Assembly (NCBI RefSeq): GCF_004010195.1
Contig: NC_057756.1
Location: 6,923,632-6,955,858 of the forward strand
Reading direction: 5' to 3'
DNA length: 32,227 nucleotides
DNA from: Chiloscyllium plagiosum
Taxonomy: Eukaryota
A program made the position numbers and the translations under genes. The notes under the pieces are model-generated. The model saw only the letters and a program-made list of their open reading frames with translations, searched no databases and was not told where the DNA came from. This document shows, one piece after another, positions 12,468 to 23,226 of the stretch. The stretch's first letter is position 1, and every line of letters starts with the position of its first letter.

Positions 12468-13061
12468 AATTATTGTACAAATTTCTACTTTGGAAATAGA
12501 ACCAGTCTAACTCAAGGTCAGGATCCAGACAGACTCTAATCTCACACAATTAATACATTGTCTGAGCTGAGATGCTACCATTTTTATGATGTGGAGATGC
12601 CAGTTTTGGACTGGGGTGGACAAAGTTAAAAATCACACGACTACAGATTATAGTCTATTTTTAAGCTTTATTTTATAAAACCTTGTTATCTCATGATTGT
12701 GTCTTAAAATATGTTCTGGGATTTACATATTAGTGAACTTAAACCTGCAACTTATTCTAAAAGATAAAAGACTTAAGAGCAATCTAGGTTTGCTCAATAT
12801 AATGTTTTAATTGCATGACACTGTGATCTTTCGCTATAAATTCTGTGTCATCTGATCCTGCCCCACCAGTTACCTGATGAAGGAGCAGCGCTCTGAAAGC
12901 TAATGCTTCCAAATAAACCTGTTGGACTAATAACCTGGTGTTGTGTGATTTTTAACTTGGTCCACCCCAGTCCAGCTGGGAGATAATGAGGATTGCAGAT
13001 GTTGGAGATCAGAGTTATTTTCACTCCCACCCTAGTTCAACATTGGCACCCCCATATCATG
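12468..13061 (+). mobile_element. PLE family A 3'UTR and pLTR, with nested inverted pLTR piece (about 12588-12655) and family B piece (about 12978-13015)
   Basis: Homology to 19770-20208 and 21604-21842. Confidence 0.82.
12871..12905 (+). ncRNA. Minimal type I hammerhead ribozyme motif
   Basis: tac CTGATGA a ggagc agc gctct GAA AGCT A atg: core boxes, helix II and palindromic helix III present; helix I imperfect in this copy. Confidence 0.72.
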
Positions 13062-13226
13062 ACATCTGAGTCCAACAGTTGTGGGTTCAAACATTGAGTC
13101 CAAACTCAGAGACAGTGTTTCAGGGCCATGTTTAAGGAAGTGTTGCACCTAAAGAGAAAAACAATTCACTCCAGCATCTGAGCCAATATTTATTGCAACA
13201 AACGTAAAAATATACCATTTTTGGGT

Positions 13227-14306
13227 CAATAGACAATAGGTGCAGGAGTAGGCCATTCGGCCCATCGAGCCAGCACCACCATTCATTATGATCATGGCTG
13301 ATCACCCACAATCAGTATCCTGTTCCTGCCTTATCCCCATTACTCTTGATTCCACTATCTTTAAGAGCTCTATCCATCTCTTTCTTGAAAGTATCCAGGG
13401 ACTTGGCCTCCACAGCCTTCTGGGGCAGAGCATTCCATACACCCACCACTCTCTGGGTGAAGAAGTTTCTCCTCAACTCTGTTCTAAATGGCCTACCACT
13501 TATTTTTAAACTGTGTCCTCTAGTTCTGGACTCACCCATCAGCGGAAACATGCTTCCTGCCTCCAGAATGTGCAATCCTTTATTAATCTTATACGTCTCA
13601 ATCAGATCCCCTCTCAGCCTTCTAAACCCAAGCATATACAAGCCCAGTCATCCAATCTTTCAAAATATGATAGTTCCGCCATTCCGGGAATTGACCTCGT
13701 GAACCTACGCTGCACTCCCTCAATAGCCAGAATGTCCTTCCTTAAATTTGGAGACCAAAACTGCACGCAATACTCCAGGTGTGGTCTCACCAGGGCCCTG
13801 TACAGCTGCAGAAGGACCTTTTTGCTCCAATACTCAATTCCTCTTGTTATGAAGGCCAGCATGCCATTAGCTTTCTTCACTGCCTGTTGTACCTGCATGC
13901 TTGCTTTCATTGACTGATGTACAAGAACACCGAGATCTCGTTGTACTGCCCCTTTACCTAACTTGACTCCATTTAGGTAGTAATCTGCTTTCTTGTTCTT
14001 GCTACCAAAGTGGATAACTACACATTTATCCACATTAAACTGCATCTGCCATGCATCTACACACCTAGTCTGTCCAAGTCACCCTGAATTCTCATAACAT
14101 CCTCCTCACATTTCACCCTGCCACCCAGCTTTGTGTCATCAGCAAATTTGCTAATATTACTTTTAATGCCTTCATCTATTTCATTGATGTATGTTGTAAA
14201 CAGCTGCTGTCCCAGCACCGAACCTTGTGGTATCCCACTGGTCACCGCCTGCCATTCCGAAAGGGACCTGTTTATCACTACTCTTTGTTCCCTGTCAGCC
14301 AGTCAA
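13227..14306 (-). mobile_element. CR1 3' segment (RT C-terminus, 3'UTR, (ctattgt)n tail), second subfamily
   Basis: GIPQGSVLG, FADDTKLGG, MQFNVDKC, LVRPHLEYC, RRLRGDLIE, WNALP. Confidence 0.93.
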
Positions 14307-15202
14307 TTCAAAAGCAAACTGGCCAAAAATATAAAGGAGGGTAGTAAAAGCTTTTTTAGGTATGTGAAAAGAAAAAAAAATGGTTAAGATTAAAATTGGG
14401 CCCTTGAAGACAGAAACGGGTGAATTTATTATGGGGAACAATAAATGGTGGAAGAGCTGAATAGGTACTTTGGATCTGTCTTCACTGGGGAAGACACAAG
14501 CAATCTCCCAGATGTAATAGTGGCTGAAGGACCTAGAGTAATGGATAGACTGAAGGGAATTTATATTAGACAGGAAATGCTGTTGGAGAGACTGGTAGGT
14601 CTGAAGGCTGATAAGTCCCCAGGACCTGATGGTCTGCATCCCAGGGTACTGAAGGACGTGGCTCTAGAAATCGTGGACGCATTGGAATCACTTTCCAATG
14701 TTCTATAGATTCAGGATCAGTTCCTGCAGATTGGAGGGTGACTAATGTCCCATTTTTCAGGAAAGGAGGGAGAGAGAAAATAGGGAATTATAGACCAGTT
14801 AGCCTGACATCAGTGGTGGAAAAGATGCTGGAGTCAATTATAAAAGATGAAAATTACGACTCATTTGGATAGCAGTAACAGGATTGGTCAAAGTCAGCAT
14901 GGATTTACGAAAGGGAAATTGTGCTTGACTGAACTTCTGGAATTTTTTGAGGATGTAACTATGAAGATAGACAAGGGAGAGCCAGTGGGTGTAGTGTACC
15001 TGGACTTTCAGAAAGCCTTTGATAGTCCCACATAGGAAATTAGTGAGCAAAATTAGGGTACATGGCATTGGGGACAAAATACTGACTTGGATTGCAAATT
15101 GGCTGGCTGACAGGAAGCAAAGAGTCGTGATAAACAGTCCCTTTCATAATGGCAGGCGGTGACCAGTGGGATACCACAAGGTTCGGTGCTGGGACAGCAG
15201 CT
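14307..15202 (+). mobile_element. CR1 middle segment (linker to RT), inverted
   Basis: KSFFRYVK, LNRYFGSVFT, KSPGPDGLHPRVL, QHGFTKG, YLDFQKAFD. Confidence 0.92.
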
Positions 15203-15392
15203 TTCTTATGCTTCGTGCATTCATATATAAAAATTTTTATTATAAAAATTTCCTATCAATCCCTATTTCACTTGACCATACTGTATGATCCCTTCTTGAG
15301 TTTTCTGCTCCGTTGATTCTGTTGTCTTTCTTAACTTCTCTTATTCTCACTTTCCCTTCAACTTCCTTCCTGAATTTTCAGTTTGTCCCCTC
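15203..15392 (-). mobile_element. CR1 ORF1/ORF2 junction fragment
   Basis: Minus strand reads YMNARSIRK, the APE N-terminal motif. Confidence 0.6.
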
Positions 15393-15488
15393 ACATCGCT
15401 GCTTATGAAAATTTCCACGGCATGAAACACACTCTCTGCATTTCAAAGTGTGACTGCGCTGAGAACATAGTGCACTTGGATCTAAACT

Positions 15489-15886
15489 GATTTGGAGACA
15501 CTGGTGTTGGGCTGGGGTGGACAAAGTTAAAAGTCACACAACACCAGGTTATAGCCCAACAGGTTTATTTGGAAATGCTGCTCCTTCATCAGGTGGTTGT
15601 GGAGCAGAATCTTAAGACAGGATTTATAGCAACAGGATTGTTGTGTCATGCAGTGTAAAATTAAACAAATTTAGATTAAGACTTTCATCGTTTAGAATGA
15701 CCATGTTCACATGAAAATCTCAGAACTTTTTTAAAGTTACATTCTCAAGATATCTTTAACAATAGGTGCCGTCTCAGTTCAGAGAGTGCTTTGAAAGTGT
15801 GAGTTTAAACTCTGTCTGTGTCCCAGTGTACAGACTCTTACATGGATTTATGCAGTTTTTGAGCAAAATCAAATGTAATTCTGCAA
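15489..15886 (-). mobile_element. PLE family A pLTR/3'UTR, decayed
   Basis: Begins gatttggaga...ggacaaagttaaaa; collinear with the other copies. Confidence 0.85.
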
Positions 15887-15892
15887 TGTCAG

Positions 15893-16940
15893 GTAGTGAA
15901 GAAGGCATTTGGTATGCTTTCCTTTATTGGTCAGAGCATTGAGCATAGGATTTGGGCGGTGCAGGACATTGGTTAGGCACTTTTGGAATATTGCACGCAA
16001 TTGATGTGGTGTATATGGATTTCAGCAAGACGTTCGATAAGGTCCCCCCCTGGCAGGCTATTTGTACAAAATGTTTGAGGAATGGGATTGTGGGAGATAT
16101 AGCTGTTTGGATCAGTAATTGGCTTGCTGAAAGAAGACAGAGGGTGGTGGTTGATGGGAAATGTCCATCCCGGAGTCCAGTTACCAGTGGTGAACCGCAA
16201 GGGTCGGTGTTGGGTCCACTGCTGTCCGTCATTTTTATAAACGACATGGATGAGGGCGTAGAAGGGCGGGTTAGTACATTTGCAGACGACGGAGTTGTGG
16301 ATAGTGACGAAGGATGTTGTAGGTTACAGAGAGACATAGATAAGCTGCAGAACTGGGCTGAGAGGTGGCAAATGGAGTTTAACACGGACAAGTGTGAGGT
16401 GATTCACTTTGGTCGGAGTAACTGGAATGCAAAGTACTGGGCTAATGGTAAGGTTCTTGGTAGTGTAGATGAGCAGAGAGATCTCGGTGTCCATGTACAC
16501 AGATTCTTGAAAGCTGCCACCCAGATTGACAGGGTTGTTAAGAAGGCATACAGTGTTTTAGCTTTTATTAATAGAGGGATCGAGTTCCGGAACCATGAGG
16601 TTATGCTACAGCTGTACAAAGCTCTGATGCGGCACTTGGAGTATTGTGTACAGTTCTGGTCACTGCATTATAAGAAGGATGTGGAAGTTTTGGATAGGGT
16701 GCAGAGGAGATTTACTAGGATGTTGCCTGGTATGGAGGGAAGGTCTTACTAAGGGTATTGAATGCTTTGCCTGCAACGGTAGTAGATTTGCCAACTTTAA
16801 GTACATTTAAGTCGTCATTGGACAAGCATATGGAGGTACATCGAATAGCGTAGGTTAGATGGGCTTCAGATTGGTATGACAGGTCGGCGCAACATCGAGG
16901 GCCACAGGGCCTGTACTGCGCTGTAATGTTCTATGTTCTA
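15893..16940 (+). mobile_element. CR1 3' fragments: short deleted piece 15893-15995, then RT to (atgttct)n tail
   Basis: [41 protein letters not shown]; tail atgttctatgttcta. Confidence 0.92.
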
Positions 16941-17324
16941 GGTGGTTGTGGAGTGTAAGATCGTATAAAACAGAATTTATGGCAAAAGTTTACAGTATGA
17001 TGTAACTGAAATTATATATTGAAAAAGACCTGGATTATTTGTTAAGTCTCTCGTCTTTTAGAATGAACATGTTGCCTTCAGTTCTTTCATTAGTAAATCC
17101 CAGAACTTTTTTAAAGTTATATTCTCAAGTGAACTTTAACAATTGGTGACATGTCGGCCCAGACAGTGCACTGAAGGTGTGAAGTGCCCTGTGTGAGACT
17201 GTCTGTGCCCAATGTTCAGACTGATTCTAATCTAAAAACTGGATTTACAGAATCTCACATGAATTCATGCAGCTTTTGAGCAACGTAAGATGTAATTCTG
17301 CAAGTATAAATTCACCCCACAAAC

Positions 17325-17376
17325 TTGTGTGTGTGCGTCTGTATGTGTGTGAGGCGGGGTATGAGTGTCTGTGAGA

Positions 17377-17433
<57 letters not shown>

Positions 17434-17612
17434 TGTAAAGAGGCACAAGTCTGTGTGTGTGTGTGTGTATCTGTCAGCGTATGAGAGAGAGCTTGTGTAT
17501 GAGAGAGGGTCTGCATGAGTGTATAGGATTGTAGGAGTGCGTTTGTGTCTGTAGGAGTGTGTGTGTGTCTGTAGGAGTGTCTGTCTATCTGTGTGTGCGC
17601 GTGTGTGTGTGT
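17325..17612. repeat. (TG)n-rich microsatellite of the PLE 3'UTR
   Basis: Pure TG run at about 17378-17424; equivalent tracts at 19450-19710, 21110-21340 and 21460-21600. Confidence 0.95.
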
Positions 17613-17626
17613 TTAGTGTAGTGGGG

Positions 17627-17960
17627 TCACCTGTAGTTTAACATGAACCCAAGGTCCCGGTTGAGGCCATCCCCATGGGTACCGAACTTGGCTATCAGCC
17701 TTTGCTCGGCCACTTTGCGTTGCTGCCTGTCCCAAAGTCTGCCTTGGAGGATGGTCACCCGAAGGTCGGAGGTCAAATGTCCTGGATCACTGAAGTGTTC
17801 TCTGACTGAGAGGGAGCACTCTTGTCTGTTAATTGTTGTGTAGTGCCCATTCCTCCGTTGCTATAGCCTCTGCTCAGTTTCACCAATGTACCATGCCTCA
17901 GGACATCCTTGCCTGCAGCGTATGAGATAGACAACATTGGCTGAGTCACATGAGTACCTG
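17627..17960 (-). pseudogene. PLE GIY-YIG endonuclease domain
   Basis: RYSCDSANVVYLIRCRQGCPEAWYIGETEQRL*QRRNGH...EHF...EQRLIAKFGTHGDGLNRDLGF. Confidence 0.9.
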
Positions 17961-17965
17961 GTGAG

Positions 17966-18169
17966 AGTTCTTTCATTTGTAAATCCCAGAACTTTTTTAA
18001 AGTTACATTCTCAAGTGAACTCTAACAATTGGTGACATGTCGGCCCAGATAATGCATTGAAGGTGTGAGGTGTCCTGTGTGAGACTGTCTGTGCCCCAAT
18101 ATTCAGACTGATTCTAATCTAAAAACTGGATTTACAGAATCGCACATGAATTCATGCAGTTTTTGAGCA
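17966..18169 (+). repeat. About 204-bp direct copy of 17080-17282 inserted in the PLE ORF
   Basis: Shares cacatgaattc with the donor, whereas other copies have taYatggatt. Confidence 0.8.
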
Positions 18170-19229
18170 GATGGTGGGAGGTGTGCCCACGCGTAATGAT
18201 GGTATCCATGTCCACACTCTGACACGTCTTGCAGCCCCTACCGTGACAGGGTTGTATGGAGTTGTCCTGAAAGCCGCGCAGTTTGCTACAAACAATGATC
18301 TGTTTAAGGTTTGGCGGTTGTTTAAAGGTGAGAAGTGGAGGTATGGGGAAGGTCTTGGCAAGGTGCTCATCCTCACTGATAATGCGTTGCAGGTTGTGAA
18401 GAACATGGCGTAGTTTTTCAGTTCCTGGGAAATACTGGACAACAAAGGGTACCCCGTCAGTTGCAGCATGTGTCTGTCTCCTGAGGAGGTCATTAAGGTT
18501 CCTTGCTGTGGCACGTCAGAACTGGCGCTCGATGAGTTGAGCATCATATCCCATTCTTATGAGGGCATCCCTGAGTACTTCCAGGTGCCTGTCTTCCTCC
18601 TCATCTGAGCAGATCCGGTGTATGCGTAGGGCTTATCCATACGGGATGGCTGTTTCAATATGTTTTGGGTGGAAGCTGGAGAAGTGCAGCATCATGAGGT
18701 TATCTGTGGTTTTGTGGTACAGTGAGGTGCTGAGATGCCTATCCTTGATGGAGATGCATGTGTCCAAGAATGAGACAGATAGTAGAGAGTAGTCCATGGC
18801 GAGTTTGATGGTGGGATGAAACTAGTTGATTATCACTGTGTAGTTCTATCAGTGACTCCTCGCCAAGGGTCCAGAGGAAGAAAATGTTGTCAATGTACCT
18901 GGTATATAGTAATGGTTGGAGGTTCTGTGTAGAAAAGAGGTCTTGTTCGAATCTGTGCGTGAAAATCTTGGCATATTGGCGTGCAAATTTGGTCCCCATG
19001 GCGGTTTCATGTGTCTGGATGAAAAACTGGTTGTCAAAGGTGAAAATGTTGTGGTTGAGGATAAAGCGGATGAGTTGTAGGACAGTACTTGGAGATTGGC
19101 AGTTGTAGGTGTTGAGTACTGAGGCTGGTGTCACGATGCCATCATTGTGGGAGATACTGATGTAGAGTGAGGAAACTTCCATTGTGACAAGGAATGTTCC
19201 CGGTTCGACTGTCCGTGGGTCCTTCGTGA
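18170..19229 (-). pseudogene. PLE reverse transcriptase, thumb and Cys linker
   Basis: LVTMEVSSLY, FTFDNQFFIQTHETAMGT, RYIDNIF; catalytic Asp residues mutated, frameshifts present. Confidence 0.9.
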
Positions 19230-19230
19230 C

Positions 19231-20208
19231 CTGCAACACACTATCAATGAGGATCAGCACCTCACCAAGACCTCCCCCACACCTCCACTGCTCACCTTTA
19301 GACTACCACCAAACTTCAAACAGATCATTGTTCGTACCAAACCACCCAGCTTTCAGGACAACTCCATACAACCGTGTCATGGTTGACGCTGCAAGACATG
19401 TCAGAGTGTGGACATGGATACCATCATTACACGTGGGGACACCTCCCATACACACATACACACACACACACTTAGAGACACACACAGTTCTACAGACACA
19501 CACACACACTCCTGCAGTCCCATACACTCAAGCAGACTTTCTCTCAGACACAAGCTCTCTCTCATACACTCCCACACTCACATGCACACACGTACCCTCT
19601 CACCAACTTATATCTCTTTACACTCACACACAAATGCACAATCTCTCACAGACACTCATACCTCGCTGCATGCACGCACGCACGCACACACACACACACA
19701 CACACACACAGGTTTTTGGGGTGAATTTGTACTTGCAGAATTAATTTTTTTTGCTCAAAAACTGCATGAATCCATATAAGATTCTGTAAATCCGTTTTTT
19801 AGATTAAATCAGTCCGCAATTTGTGGCACAGACAGTCTCACACTGGGCACTCACAATTTAAGTGCATTATCTGGGCTGACACGTCACCAATTGTTAAAGT
19901 TCACTTGAGAACGTAATTTTTAAAATGTTCTGCGATTTAAATATGTAAGAACTGAAACCAACATGTTCATTCTAAAAGATGAGAGACTTAACAAACAATC
20001 CACAGCTTTTTCAATATATAATTTCAGTTACATCACACGTAAACTTTTGTTATAAATTCTGTGTCCTACAATCTTATTCTCCACAACCACCTGAAGGAGC
20101 AGCGCTCCAAAAGCTAGTGCTTCCAAATAAACCTGTTGGACTATAACCTGGTGTTGTGTGAGTTTTAAGTTTGTCCACCCCAGTCCAACACCAGCATCTC
20201 CAAATCAT
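19231..20208 (+). mobile_element. PLE inverted arm (linker, GIY-YIG deleted, 3'UTR, pLTR)
   Basis: 19231-19448 is the reverse complement of about 18175-18392; ends catctccaaatcat. Confidence 0.9.
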
Positions 20209-20210
20209 AG

Positions 20211-20468
20211 CACTGAGTGTCTAGGAGTGAAGGATGATTGATAGCAGCTCTATTGCGAGGACCATTTCAGCGCCATCTTTCGCCTGAGAGGACTGGAAGA
20301 TCAGGACTTCCAGCCTCTGCCAACACCAAAAAGAAGCACTCCAGCGCCACACAGAGTCCAGGAGGAGTGTAGAATGATTGACAGGCACTTCGTCCCTCAG
20401 ACTGTAGGCTGCAGCGCTACCCAGAGACCGGGAAGAGTGGAGGATGTTTGACAACTATACCCTGGGAG
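20211..20468. repeat. Degenerate left part of a 66-bp minisatellite
   Basis: Recurrent cagcgccac-cagag..ggaggagtggaggatgattg motif; continues at 21843. Confidence 0.7.
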
Positions 20469-21842
20469 TACAAAGTTAAAAATCACACAACACCAGGTTA
20501 TAGTTCAACAGGTTTATTTGGAAGCACTAGCTTTCAGAGCGCTGCTCCTCCATCAGGTGGTTGTGGAGAATAAGAGTGTAAGACAATTTATAGCAAAAGT
20601 TTACAGGGTGATGTAACTGAAATTTTATATTGAAAAAGACCAGGACTGTTTGTGAAGTCTCTTATCTTTTAGAATGACCATATTGGTTTTGATTTGGAGA
20701 TGCCGGTGTTGGACTGGGATGTACAAAGTTAAAAATCACACAACACCAGGTTATAGTCCAACAGGTTTAATTGGAAGCACACTAGTTTTCGCAGCCACTA
20801 TCACCTGATGAAGGAGCGTCGCTCTGAAAGCTAGTACTTCCAAATAAACCTGTTGAACTATAACCTGGTGTTGTGTGATTTTTAACTTTGTACTCCCAGG
20901 GTATAGTTGTCAAACATCCTCCACTCCTCCCGGTCTCTGGGTAGCGCTGCAGCCTACAGTCTGAGGGACGAAGTGCTATGAGGCTGTCTGTGCCACAATG
21001 GTCAGACTGATTCTAATCTAAAAAAAAATTTATAGAATCTTACATGGATTCATGCAGTTTTTGAGCAAAGTAAAATGCAATTCTGCAAGTTCAAATTCAC
21101 CTCACAAACATATGTGTATGTGTGCATGTAGGTGTGTGTGTGGCGGGGGTTTATGATTGTCTGTGAGAGGGTGTGTGTATATGTGAGTGTAAAGGGCTTT
21201 ATGTCTGTGAGAGGGTGTGTTTGGGAGTGTATGTGTGACTGTATGAGAGAGGGTTTGAATGTATGTGTGCGTGTGTCTGTCTGTCTCTCTGTCTATCAGT
21301 CCGTTTGTCCATCTGCCTGTTTGTGTGTGTGTGTGTATAGTGCAATGGGGCCATCTGTAGTGTGACATGAACGAGGCTGCTAGCCAAGTTCATTACCCAT
21401 GGGGATGGCCTCAACCAGCCTTGGGTTCATATCACACTACAGGAGACCTCATTGTACTATACACACATACAGACAGATAGACAAACAGACACACACTCAG
21501 ACACTCTCTCATACAGTCACACTTACACACCCACACACACCCTCTCACAGACACTCAAACATTCCACCATATCCTCCCACTCCCCCACGGCCACATACAC
21601 ACATCTAAAAGATGAGAGACTTAAACAATCCAGGTCTTTTTCAATATAGAATTTCAGTTACATCACACTGTAAACTTTTGCTATAAATTCTGTGTCTTAC
21701 GATCTTATTCTCCACAACCACCTAATGAAGGAGCAGCTCTCCGAAAGCTAGTGCTTCCAAATAAACCTGTTGGACTATAACCTGGTGTTGTGTGATTTTT
21801 AACTTTGCCCAAACCAGTCCAACACCAGCATCTCCAAATCAT
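20469..21842. mobile_element. Inverted PLE composite (minus arm to about 21370, plus arm from GIY-YIG C-terminus to pLTR)
   Basis: pLTR termini at both ends in opposite orientation; AKFITHGDGLN at about 21383-21415. Confidence 0.88.
20802..20836 (+). ncRNA. Minimal type I hammerhead ribozyme motif, best-preserved copy
   Basis: cac CTGATGA a ggagcg tc gctct GAA AGCT A gta; mutated copies at 20088-20119, 20525-20559 (-) and 21719-21753. Confidence 0.75.
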
Positions 21843-22035
21843 GACCATCTCCAGCACCACCCAGAGAGTGGGAGGAGTGGAGGATGATTGGCAGCTGTAC
21901 CCTGGAAGGACCATCTGCAGTGCCACCCAGAGACTGGGAGGAGTGGAGGATGATTGGCAGCTGTACCCTGGGAGGACCATCTGCATCGCCACCCTGAGAC
22001 TTGGAGGAGTGTAGATGATTGGCAGCCATACAATG
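21843..22035. repeat. 66-bp minisatellite, about 3 units
   Basis: Units start gaccatct at 21843, 21909 and 21975. Confidence 0.92.
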
Positions 22036-22038
22036 GGG

Positions 22039-22410
22039 GTCGAGAGTGTGGTGCTGGAAAAGCACAGCAGGTCAGGCAGCATCTGAGGAGCAGGGGAATC
22101 AACATTTTGGACATAAGCCCTTCAGAGCGAGGAGGAGAACTTCAAGGCAGGCATCCTTGGAAGAGGCTTCGCAGTAAGGTTGAAATCAACTAGGAGACAG
22201 TGAGGACTGCAGATGCTGGAGATCAGAGTCTAGACTGTGGTGCTGAAAAAGCACAGCAGGTCAGGCAGCATCCGAGGAGAATCGACGTTTCGGGCACAAG
22301 CCCTTCCTTCAAGGTAGGCATCCTTGGAACAGACTTTGCAGTAAGGTTGAAATCAACTAGTAGAAAGCCCTTATGCCCAAAACATTGACTCTCCTGCTTT
22401 TCCAGCACCA
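22039..22410 (-). mobile_element. PLE family B pLTR tandem (2 units of about 165 bp) plus short inverted piece, degenerate hammerhead cores
   Basis: 22141-22193 repeated at 22308-22360; minus strand gaagggc ttgt gccc GAAACGTC gatt at about 22279-22305. Confidence 0.75.
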
Positions 22411-22834
22411 ATCTAATCTTGACTCTAAATTAATTTGCCATCATTTGATCCATATCCCTCTAAACACTTTCTTTTCATACACCATCCAGGTGCCTTTTAA
22501 AAGTTGCAATTGTACCAGCCTCCACCACTTCCTCTGGCAGCTCATTCCACCTTCTGCATGAAAAAGTTACCCCTTAGGTCCCTTTTATATCTTTCCCATC
22601 TCACCCTAAACCAATGCCTTCAATTCTGGACTCCCCCACTCCAGAGAAAATACCTTCTATTTACCCTATCCATGCCCCTCATGATTTTATAAACGTCTAT
22701 AACGTCACCCCTCAGCTTCCGAGGCTCTAGGGAAAACAGACCCAGCCTATTCAACCTCTCCCTCTAGCTCAAATCCTCCAACCCTGGCAACATGTTTGTA
22801 GATATTTTCTGAACACTTTCAAGTTTCACAACAT
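22411..22834 (-). mobile_element. Older CR1, 3' half (continues at 27850)
   Basis: RT C-terminus and 3'UTR; joins seamlessly to 27855 as aaggatgt|tgtgaaactt. Confidence 0.88.
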
Positions 22835-23226
22835 GGACAAAGGAAGCACATGGTGAGGTCATTGCAGGAGAGAGAGAGAGAACCTGCACAGTTACTTCTT
22901 TTGCTGTTTGAATTCATGTATCGCTGGACATCAGAGTGCATCTGGGAAAATTTTCAAACACTGAAATTCACAACTGATCCTGGAGGAACTGTTGGGCGAA
23001 CTTCACAGCACAGAATCAGATAAGTTAATTGTTGTTTTAAGTGTGGCGTACAGAGAATCTGCAGTAATGAGTAGAGTAGGTTCTTTCTTGATTATGTGTT
23101 TTTGGAGATATGTTTGTTGATTAAACTTAAAATATAAGCTATAATTATTAATTTAACCTGGGGCAGTGTTTGTAGAGGTATAAGCTGGTGTTATAATCTG
23201 GGTCTGTAGATTGTGAAGGAGCAAAA

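Larger units (their letters stand above)
16941..19229 (-). mobile_element. Neptune-type Penelope-like retroelement, 5'-truncated
   Basis: RT, Cys-rich linker (PCHGRGCKTCQ), GIY-YIG, (CA)n 3'UTR and pLTR in the expected order. Confidence 0.92.

Noticed and set aside
17245..17516. His/Thr-rich ORFs (also 19184-19779 and 21102-21649)
   Set aside because: Translations of (CA)n/(TG)n microsatellites.
18170..19229. Telomerase, retron or group II intron RT
   Set aside because: Linked Cys linker, GIY-YIG and hammerhead pLTR identify a Penelope-like element.
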